From UHGV virus genome UHGV-0146066: a DNA stretch of 25,475 nt; one strand, written 5' to 3'. This DNA is from a virus. The notes beneath the pieces are model-generated. The model made no database searches. It was not told the origin of the DNA and worked only from the letters and a program-made list of their open reading frames with translations. Below, in pieces: positions 18,336 to 24,382 of this stretch. A program made the position numbers and the translations under genes. Position 1 is the first letter of the stretch. Each line of letters opens with the position of its first letter.

Positions 18336-19133
18336 TTACAGTCCGAAGTGTTCTAGCGATCCAACATTCTGACGAATCATGATAGTCGCTTTATTCTGAA
18401 TCATGATCGTGTTATTCGGTTTAGGCAGTGTCAAAGCTGCTTTTTGTTCTTCTTCAAGAACACCCAATTCAACCAGCACCGGAAGCACATCAACAGTGAA
18501 AGAAAGTTGATAGTGAGCGTTCATGCTGCAAAACGGTATCGCGGAATCATTAGCAACATACCCACACGGCTTGTTATTTTCATCATAGACGCGCTCAATG
18601 TATCCGGCAGTACGTAAGGCCGTCAGTGCTTCTTTAACCTTCGTAGCGCCCTTTTTAGCACCTAACAGACGCGTCATTGAATGGCTATCTACGGATTTGC
18701 GATGATGTAGAGTAATCAGTTGCTTGTTCTCGCGAGTTTTCTTTAACGCCAGTTCGATCCAGTCGGTTTCTTCAAAGTCTGCATACGGGTTAACGGCTAA
18801 ACGTTCCTGACGCAGTTTTTCATTTTCTTCTTTCAGTCGTTTCCATTCCTGAATAACAATCATTCGACGTTTAACATCGTAACCAGTAACAAGAGTCAGC
18901 GTCATTTCTTCGTCAAGGTGATATTCGGTTTGTTCGCGTCCATATTGGTCAAAATAGATACGCTGAGATTTCAGCGCATCTAATTCAAGTGCTTTAAACA
19001 TCTTAACAATATCAGCTTTAACGTTTTTGTGTTCTTTTCCGGTAAATTCAGCGATCTGACGAGAAGACATGGTCAGTGGTTTGGTGTTATCAACAACCAG
19101 AGACACGGAAGCAGTTTTAACAGCAGTATTCAT
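18336..19133 (-). CDS. Phage regulatory protein, Rha family (N-terminal Rha domain), 265 aa
   Basis: N-terminal LTMSSRQIAEFTGKEHKNVKADIVKM matches the remembered Rha-domain signature. AGGGGG Shine-Dalgarno. Confidence 0.7.
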   Translation of the reverse strand: MNTAVKTASVSLVVDNTKPLTMSSRQIAEFTGKEHKNVKADIVKMFKALELDALKSQRIYFDQYGREQTEYHLDEEMTLTLVTGYDVKRRMIVIQEWKRLKEENEKLRQERLAVNPYADFEETDWIELALKKTRENKQLITLHHRKSVDSHSMTRLLGAKKGATKVKEALTALRTAGYIERVYDENNKPCGYVANDSAIPFCSMNAHYQLSFTVDVLPVLVELGVLEEEQKAALTLPKPNNTIMIQNKATIMIRQNVGSLEHFGL

Positions 19134-19174
19134 AGTAAAAATCCCCCTTAACGGTTTAGTGATTTAATCCTCCC

Positions 19175-19198
19175 TGTTCCGGCATCACCACCGGAACA
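19175..19198. promoter_or_regulatory. Perfect 8-bp inverted repeat TGTTCCGG-N8-CCGGAACA between the 50-aa ORF and Rha (operator or RNA hairpin)
   Basis: Read directly from the sequence. No adjacent U-tract, so probably not a terminator. Confidence 0.35.
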
Positions 19199-19217
19199 AT
19201 TTTATTTATAAGAAGTT

Positions 19218-19370
19218 TTATCTCGTTTTGTATTCAGCCAGGCAGCGATCAATTTCTTCTTGAATCTGGCGCTGGCGTTCGTGGTAATCAACCATCGAGA
19301 AATTCAGGTTTGGTGTCCACGGCTTGCGGTTCGGGTTTTTACGTCCATCAATTTTCTTAGTAGTATTCAT
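19218..19370 (-). CDS. Small ORF not in the ORF track, 50 aa (MNTTKKIDGRKNPNRKPWTPNLNFSMVDYHERQRQIQEEIDRCLAEYKTR)
   Basis: Strong AAGAGGA Shine-Dalgarno 7 nt upstream of ATG at 19370, with a sigma70-like promoter upstream. Hand-translated. Confidence 0.5.
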   Translation of the reverse strand: MNTTKKIDGRKNPNRKPWTPNLNFSMVDYHERQRQIQEEIDRCLAEYKTR

Positions 19371-19428
19371 AGTTCACATCCTCTTTACAAATCTAGGTCA
19401 AATCAGTTCAAAGTTGTCAAGTGCGATA

Positions 19429-19457
19429 ATCATAAAAAAGTCTGAAAATTTTGCCAA
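19429..19457 (-). promoter_or_regulatory. Sigma70-like promoter for the 50-aa ORF / Rha unit (-35 TTGGCA, 17-bp spacer, -10 TATGAT)
   Basis: Hexamers read on the minus strand (plus 19452-19457 and 19429-19434). Additional TTGACA-like hexamers occur on both strands nearby. Confidence 0.5.
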
Positions 19458-19492
19458 CACCCCTTGACAAGATGCCAAAGGGTTGACCTAAC

Positions 19493-19960
19493 TTACAGCA
19501 TATCTAAGCCTTCATCGTAACCGTAGAAGCCACCGTGAGAAGAAAAAGCGATTGGTGCGTAGTCATCATCATCTTCGTCTTCTTCATCGCGTTCTGGTGC
19601 TTTCTGAGCGGTTTCTTTGCCGTAGTTAAACATTGCTTCATCCAGTTCTTGAAGAGTAAAGAAGCTACCCAGATCAACATCACCGGAACGGACTTCGAAA
19701 GGAAGGTATTCGCTAACGATGATCGCTGGAATATTCTGGTACTTTAAGCGGCCTTCATCGGTGAAGACGTTAACAACAATGGTCGGCTTCTTATTACGGC
19801 AAAACGCATACCATGCACTAGAGAAATGAGATTCATCAGAGTTGAAAAGAATGTTGTAACCACGTTCAACAAAGATCTTCATTAACTTGTCATTGTGGAA
19901 GCTATCAGCATCAAAACCTAACAGGATGAAAGGAGTAGTGGTAGTCATTTTATGGTTCAT
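19493..19960 (-). CDS. Hypothetical early protein with acidic C-terminus (EEDEDDDDY), 155 aa
   Basis: AGAGGA Shine-Dalgarno 8 nt upstream of ATG at 19960. No recognisable domain. Confidence 0.5.
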   Translation of the reverse strand: MNHKMTTTTPFILLGFDADSFHNDKLMKIFVERGYNILFNSDESHFSSAWYAFCRNKKPTIVVNVFTDEGRLKYQNIPAIIVSEYLPFEVRSGDVDLGSFFTLQELDEAMFNYGKETAQKAPERDEEDEDDDDYAPIAFSSHGGFYGYDEGLDML

Positions 19961-20503
19961 AGTGGAAATCCTCTAAAAGAAAGTGAATCAATCTAATATT
20001 ATTTATAAAGAGAAAATTCTTGTTATTATGAAAAGAGTGATCTGGTAGAGTCCAAAACTGGTCTGTACTTGAAAGATGATTGGATTCAGTCGGGCTAAAG
20101 CCCCCCTTCATAGATTTGATTAAATCATCATCAAAACGAAGAAGTATCTTTAGAATATAAGAATCTTTCTTTTGAAGAAATAATAATCAGGAAGCAATTT
20201 AGCAACCGAAGGTTGCAATCCCGAAGGGATACCAATACCTTTCTAGAAATTGATTGTTACTCACTTCGTTCGTTTACTAGAATCAGTTAGTAACTAGTAT
20301 TAAATCCCTTTCGAATCCTGCTTGCAGGTCTTAGAAGGTGTTGGTGGGCGCTACGCGCACGGCTACGCCGTATTCTTTTTGCGAGATCTTTCTTGAACGT
20401 AGTGAGAGAAAGCGAGCAAAAAGGAGAACGTTAGTTCGAATTTTATATTCTATGGTCTGTGGGGTATAATACCTTTCAAGGTCATACACTTACGTGATTG
20501 AAG

Positions 20504-20622
20504 TGTAGGGTTAGTGTAGGTGTGTAGGTTTCATAGTGTAGGTTTGAGGGTGTTATAGTGTAGGTTTACTGGCTAGTGTAGTGTAGGCCAATCCCTTTAA
20601 AGGGTAGGTGTGTAGTGTAGGT
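20504..20622 (+). repeat. Array of at least 7 direct GTGTAGG(TTT) repeats (iteron-like)
   Basis: GTGTAGG at 20504, 20515, 20523, 20537, 20559, 20582 and 20616, plus GTGTAGT variants, with irregular spacing. No ORF on either strand. Confidence 0.75.
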
Positions 20623-20818
20623 TTTCAATCAAAAATTTTGACAAAAAATTCTTGTATATTATTCAACCAAAAAACCACCAAAAATAGATGTAAATTCATG
20701 ATTTAAAAGAAATTTTCAAAAGATCTCCGTGCCATATAAGGTTTAAAAGGTTGATAATCATTATTTGCCATTTTCAAACAAAAATTTTGATACACCTTTC
20801 TCGCTTAGATCATGAATG

Positions 20819-20847
20819 TTGACATGTGTCAAGAACTATTTTATACT
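20819..20847 (+). promoter_or_regulatory. Strong sigma70 consensus-like promoter (TTGACA, 17-bp spacer, TATACT)
   Basis: -35 at 20819-20824 and -10 at 20842-20847, in an AT-rich context. Predicted start near 20854. Confidence 0.65.
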
Positions 20848-20853
20848 TTTTAT

Positions 20854-21013
20854 CCTTGGTAGGGGTTGAAATTTTCCAAACAATCCCCATATAGATGATA
20901 AGCATGATTTTTCGTGTATAAATACAATGCATGAAAAATGATTGTTCACTTCTGAAAATCCCTTGACTAACTGTTAATTCATACAGCACTGGTTAGATAT
21001 GCAGTGCTTTTTC
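20854..21013 (+). ncRNA. Candidate ~160-nt small RNA or leader transcript between the strong promoter and the first terminator
   Basis: Bounded by the promoter at 20819-20847 and the terminator at 20986-21013. Only an 8-codon ORF without a Shine-Dalgarno lies inside. Confidence 0.3.
20986..21013 (+). terminator. Intrinsic terminator (7-bp stem AGCACUG/CAGUGCU, then U5)
   Basis: Stem 20986-20992 pairs with 21003-21009; T-run 21009-21013. Confidence 0.6.
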
Positions 21014-21136
21014 GGTCGAATATTGTACGAATTGATTAATTATCAATCTTCTCTTTAGCAATTCGTGCTCCCACTGATCGGATATACAGTTGTTTTACAG
21101 AGTTTTTGAAAATCATTTTTATAAATAGAATTGTTC

Positions 21137-21156
21137 AGAGCGAAAAGCTCTTTTTT
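21137..21156 (+). terminator. Short hairpin with GAAAA pentaloop and U6 (terminator/attenuator; boxB-like architecture)
   Basis: AGAGC-GAAAA-GCUCU followed by TTTTTT, 35 nt upstream of the ATG at 21192. No promoter lies between it and the operon. Confidence 0.5.
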
Positions 21157-21191
21157 AAGGAATTATTAATCCACATGTGAGGAATCGATTT

Positions 21192-21371
21192 ATGGCTAGA
21201 CCTGTTAAATTTACTCGTGAAATGATTGTTGATATTGCTAAACGGTTTTACAGCGACACTGAGCGAGGCGGGGAAAACTTCTTTAAGAAGGAAGGGATTG
21301 ATAGAAGCGGATTCTATAAGCTAATGAAGAAATACGAAATTCAGGTAAAGATTAACGTTCAAGTTTGTTAA
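21192..21371 (+). CDS. Small HTH-like protein (ARPVKFTREMIVDIAKRFY), 59 aa; paralog of 18029-18253
   Basis: GAGGAA Shine-Dalgarno upstream of ATG at 21192; the track GTG start at 21177 is less likely. Shares the RP-x-(K/R)F-x-RE...I/V...Y motif with the 18029 ORF. Confidence 0.55.
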   Translation: MARPVKFTREMIVDIAKRFYSDTERGGENFFKKEGIDRSGFYKLMKKYEIQVKINVQVC

Positions 21372-21487
21372 TCCACTTTCACTGAGAATTATATGATGGC
21401 TTTAAAAATAAAAAGCCTCCCTTGTTGCAGCAAAGGAGACTTGAAATGAACAATTAAAACTAACACAGCATTCAGGAGTATTTATAA

Positions 21488-22501
21488 ATGAAAAATTCTA
21501 AGCGCATCACCTTCAACCTATTCATCAAATCCAACGGCAAACTGAACATTACCGTTATGGAAGGTAAAGCAAGCAAACAAGACAAATCCTTTGAAGTAGT
21601 ATCCGGTAAGACTCTGACCGAAATGCGTCAGAATGCTGGCATCAAAGACGGTGCTGAATGGCAGATCACTAACCGTTTCGACAAACGTCACGTTAAACCT
21701 ACACTGGTAGAAGGTGAATCCGTTTATTGCTTCGCTCGTGCTGTTAAAGCCGATGAAACTTACTATCTCGCTGTTATTAAAACTGCTTCCGGCTTCCGTG
21801 CTGTAATGCATCACAAGAGCAAGCGTAACGAATACGGCGTAGAGACCCAGGAAGTTGCAAAACGCTTCCGTACTGTTGCTACTGAATCCACTGTAAAGGA
21901 TGTTTCTGGTACTGTTAACACCGCTAAAGGCGGTTCCTTCTACAACCACGCATTACAGGTTACTTCCTCCTTCTTCTGCAAAAAAGAAGCACAGAAAGAA
22001 GTTGCTCCGGTAGTAGTTGAAGAAGTTAAAGAAGAAGTTGCAGTGGTTGAATCTTCCGAAGTTGAAGCACTGAAAGCACGCATTGCTGAACTGGAAGCTG
22101 AAAACGCATCTCTGAAAGCTGAACTGGCAGCGCAGGAAACCACTTTCGAAGTAGCAGCGGTTGAAGTTGAAGCAGTTGAAGAAAAATCCATTGATGAAGA
22201 ACTGGAAGAACTCCTTAACTATCGCTGGGGTAACGGTGAAAAAGTAGGACAGGAAGAACAGAAAGAAGCTGATCCGGTAGTAGTTCCGGTTGAAGAAAAA
22301 TCCGCACCTGTTACTAACTTTGAATCCCTGCGCAATAACTTTATGGCTAAATTCAAAACCACTTGGGAAGATACCGAAGAAGAACAAGAAGAGATTGAAG
22401 TAAACGAAGACGAGATCCGCGAAGCACAGATGGCACTGCATGACGCTATCTATGACACCAACTACAGCGCCTACGCCTACGCCTACGCCTACGCAGCTTA
22501 A
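21488..22501 (+). CDS. Abundant-looking acidic coiled-coil protein ending in SAYAYAYAYAA, 337 aa
   Basis: AGGAG Shine-Dalgarno 8 nt upstream. Codon choice looks biased toward common E. coli codons. Acidic, coiled-coil C-terminal half. No domain recognised. Confidence 0.65.
   Translation: MKNSKRITFNLFIKSNGKLNITVMEGKASKQDKSFEVVSGKTLTEMRQNAGIKDGAEWQITNRFDKRHVKPTLVEGESVYCFARAVKADETYYLAVIKTASGFRAVMHHKSKRNEYGVETQEVAKRFRTVATESTVKDVSGTVNTAKGGSFYNHALQVTSSFFCKKEAQKEVAPVVVEEVKEEVAVVESSEVEALKARIAELEAENASLKAELAAQETTFEVAAVEVEAVEEKSIDEELEELLNYRWGNGEKVGQEEQKEADPVVVPVEEKSAPVTNFESLRNNFMAKFKTTWEDTEEEQEEIEVNEDEIREAQMALHDAIYDTNYSAYAYAYAYAA
22469..22492 (+). repeat. Hexanucleotide microsatellite (GCCTAC)x4 encoding the C-terminal (AY)4
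   Basis: Four perfect tandem GCCTAC units immediately before GCAGCTTAA at the end of the 337-aa ORF. Confidence 0.9.
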
Positions 22502-22516
22502 TAGAGAGGTAATTCT

Positions 22517-22759
22517 ATGATTAATCAAAACAAAGAATTTCTTGGTAATCTGATGTTAGAAATTACCAAAATGAAAGAAAGAATGGTAGCGATGGAATCA
22601 GAGATTAAAACTCTTAAAGCTGATAATAAGGCGTTGAGAAAGTCCTTAAAACTGATTGATGAGACTAATGCGGTTATGATGGATCAGGTGTTTCCTGAGT
22701 GGCGAAATGAAACTAAACCTACACAACATAAGAAACCTACACTTCGAATTGTTGCATAA
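22517..22759 (+). CDS. Small coiled-coil protein, 80 aa
   Basis: AGAGAGG Shine-Dalgarno. Heptad-like pattern (KERMVAMESEIKTLKADNKALRKSLKLI). Last gene of the plus-strand operon. Confidence 0.5.
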   Translation: MINQNKEFLGNLMLEITKMKERMVAMESEIKTLKADNKALRKSLKLIDETNAVMMDQVFPEWRNETKPTQHKKPTLRIVA

Positions 22760-22763
22760 AAAA

Positions 22764-22781
22764 GGGACTCCGAAGAGTCCC
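22764..22781 (+). terminator. Hairpin GGGACUC-CGAA-GAGUCCC after the plus-strand operon (weak U-tract)
   Basis: Perfect 7-bp stem directly after the stop codon of the 22517-22759 ORF. The following sequence TAGTAAGTTT is only moderately U-rich. Confidence 0.45.
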
Positions 22782-22852
22782 TAGTAAGTTTAGGTTAGGT
22801 TTGCACAACAAAGATGAGGTTATAATGAACATAATGCTACATTATTCTTTAA

Positions 22853-22882
22853 AGCCAGAAAAATAACCGCCCCGAAGGGCGG
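22853..22882 (-). terminator. Intrinsic terminator of the minus-strand small-terminase / small-peptide unit
   Basis: CCGCCC-CGAA-GGGCGG hairpin at 22867-22882, followed on the minus strand by UUAUUUUUCU. Confidence 0.6.
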
Positions 22883-23040
22883 GAGGATTAATACTCAATC
22901 TATACTTGTTATGTTTTTGTGTTGTATAGATCACTGACTATGAAAACACTGTACTGGAGTGTGTTTTATGGCTTTTAATCGGGAATCCTCAAAGAAGATC
23001 CCCTGTTAATAACCATAAGGAGAAAAGGCAGATTACACTA

Positions 23041-23214
23041 TTATTTAGTATCCTTTTTACAGCAACTAAAAAGAATAAACAGGATTAAGCATACCCAGCC
23101 GTAAGGCGTACCGATTAGAAATTTGAAAAACACCACCAGCGATATAAAAATCAATTTAATGCCAGCGACGATAGTCAAAAACAGCAGAGTAGCAAAGTAG
23201 ACAAAAAGATCCAT
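23041..23214 (-). CDS. Small hydrophobic membrane protein not in the ORF track, 57 aa (holin-like or toxin-like)
   Basis: Strong AGAGGA Shine-Dalgarno 8 nt upstream of ATG. Hand translation MDLFVYFATLLFLTIVAGIKLIFISLVVFFKFLIGTPYGWVCLILFILFSCCKKDTK has two hydrophobic segments and a charged C-terminus. Confidence 0.5.
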   Translation of the reverse strand: MDLFVYFATLLFLTIVAGIKLIFISLVVFFKFLIGTPYGWVCLILFILFSCCKKDTK

Positions 23215-23267
23215 AGATAATCCTCTTTGAAAACGACCATCATCTATAGTTCAATTCATCGATTTAA

Positions 23268-23369
23268 TTAATGATACTTGAAAGCGTTACACACAGTAGA
23301 AATGCCAATGTGAGCAAGTGAATATACGATAGTTAATCCTACAGCCAGATAAATCAAAAATTCAACCAT
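23268..23369 (-). CDS. Small hydrophobic peptide not in the ORF track, 33 aa
   Basis: GAGGA Shine-Dalgarno 7 nt upstream of ATG. Hand translation MVEFLIYLAVGLTIVYSLAHIGISTVCNAFKYH has one hydrophobic segment. Confidence 0.4.
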   Translation of the reverse strand: MVEFLIYLAVGLTIVYSLAHIGISTVCNAFKYH

Positions 23370-23399
23370 AGGTAAATCCTCAAATAAGAAAAAGGTTAG

Positions 23400-23418
23400 C
23401 GGGGGATGTTCTCCCCCG
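23400..23418 (-). other. Stem-loop CGGGGGA-N5-TCCCCCG downstream of the small terminase gene
   Basis: Perfect 7-bp inverted repeat. A U-rich tract begins 6 nt after it on the minus strand. Confidence 0.4.
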
Positions 23419-23469
23419 TAGACGTTGACCAGCTCAACATCCTTCACGTATATGTTTAGTATCTAATTT

Positions 23470-24024
23470 TTAAGACACATCAAATTCATCGTCTTCTTCT
23501 GGTTCTTGTTCCGGTTCATCCATTAATGCTAATTCTTCTTCCTCGTCTTCTCCCAAATCTGCATTTTCGAACAAGTCCCCTACTTCATTTAAACGACGTT
23601 CGATGATCTCCCTTAGCTTATTCTTCAATGTTTTCTGATCAGTGGCGGATTCTAAAATTTCTAGGGCATCGATCGTACAAATCTGCAAAATAGTCTGTTT
23701 CACTTTCCCGCAGTATTCCGCTAGTTCCTGTTCTACATAACCGACAGGAATCAGGAGATTCATTTTTTCCTGGTTCTCTCGTTCGGCTGCATCTGCCAAA
23801 GCACGTTCACGGCGTAATTTCTCTACGTCGATTTGTTCTTTGATAGAAGTTTGTTTAAGCGGGTTGATAATATTTTTCAAGACCCATTCTGTTCCTTCTT
23901 TGGCTGGCACGCGGCGGGTATTGGTGTTAAATGGCAATCCCCTTTCTAACCATCGCTTACCGCCACCATTCAATGTATAGCCATATAAACGGGAAATTTC
24001 TGTAAGGGTTAATTCTTCTTTCAT
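23470..24024 (-). CDS. Terminase small subunit, lambda Nu1-like, 184 aa
   Basis: N-terminal LTLTEISRLYGYTLNGGGKRWLERGLPF and EKLRRE resemble remembered Nu1 segments LADIFGASIRTIQNWQEQGMPV, GGGK and EKLRRE. Acidic C-terminus. Strong GGAGGA Shine-Dalgarno. Confidence 0.5.
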   Translation of the reverse strand: MKEELTLTEISRLYGYTLNGGGKRWLERGLPFNTNTRRVPAKEGTEWVLKNIINPLKQTSIKEQIDVEKLRRERALADAAERENQEKMNLLIPVGYVEQELAEYCGKVKQTILQICTIDALEILESATDQKTLKNKLREIIERRLNEVGDLFENADLGEDEEEELALMDEPEQEPEEDDEFDVS

Positions 24025-24148
24025 TGGTTATCCTCCATTAAATTTGCGTAATTTTATTTATTGGTTTTACGCACAATCTAAGCGCCTAAATCGCATTCTA
24101 ACGAAGGGAAAGATCCAGTAATGGTAAGGGTTAGGAAGTGGGTTAATA

Positions 24149-24167
24149 GTCGCGTAGCGACCGCGCC
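24149..24167. other. GC-rich partially palindromic element GTCGCGTAGCGACCGCGCC upstream of the small terminase gene (possible cos/pac-related site)
   Basis: GTCGC-GTA-GCGAC inverted repeat plus CGCGCC, in an otherwise AT-rich intergenic region about 125 bp upstream of the gene. Only loosely resembles lambda cosN. Confidence 0.2.
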
Positions 24168-24382
24168 ATAAGTGAAGTGATCACGTTTTAGAATCTCACA
24201 CGCACATCAAATACCGGGGTGCCGAAAACTCCCTTTATTTCATCCATGGAACAGTACCTTTTTAATTTGTCAAGTATTAATTTCTTAATTTAATTACTAA
24301 ATCTCACCCCAATAATTGAAAAAATATCAAAAATCAATAAAGTAAGCATCTAAAAGTCAGTCCATACCAAAAGAGGTATAAA

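Noticed and set aside
19260-19445. 61-aa plus-strand ORF from the track
   Set aside because: No ribosome-binding site. It overlaps the minus-strand 50-aa ORF, which has a strong Shine-Dalgarno and a promoter, and the minus-strand promoter region.
20300-20320. TTCGAATCC, a tRNA T-loop-like motif (also GTTCGAAT at about 20433)
   Set aside because: The flanking sequence cannot form a T-arm stem or an acceptor stem, so no cloverleaf can be built.
20504-20522. Telomere-like GGGTTAG within the repeats
   Set aside because: A by-product of the GTGTAGG/TTAG unit. There is no terminal position and no hairpin-telomere palindrome of the N15 type.
20504-20622. GTGTAGG repeat array as a CRISPR array
   Set aside because: The repeat unit is only 7-11 bp with irregular spacing. 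There are no 25-40 bp repeats separated by unique spacers and no cas genes.
20639-20667. TTGACA hexamer at 20639-20644 as a second strong promoter
   Set aside because: No acceptable -10 hexamer lies 16-18 bp downstream (ATTCAA or TATTCA). TATATT lies only 11 bp away.
21953-22528. 191-aa minus-strand ORF from the track (and the 21518..21949 and 21940..22191 minus ORFs)
   Set aside because: Antisense to the well-supported 337-aa gene. Phe/Cys-rich translations produced by the GAA/GAG-rich sense strand.
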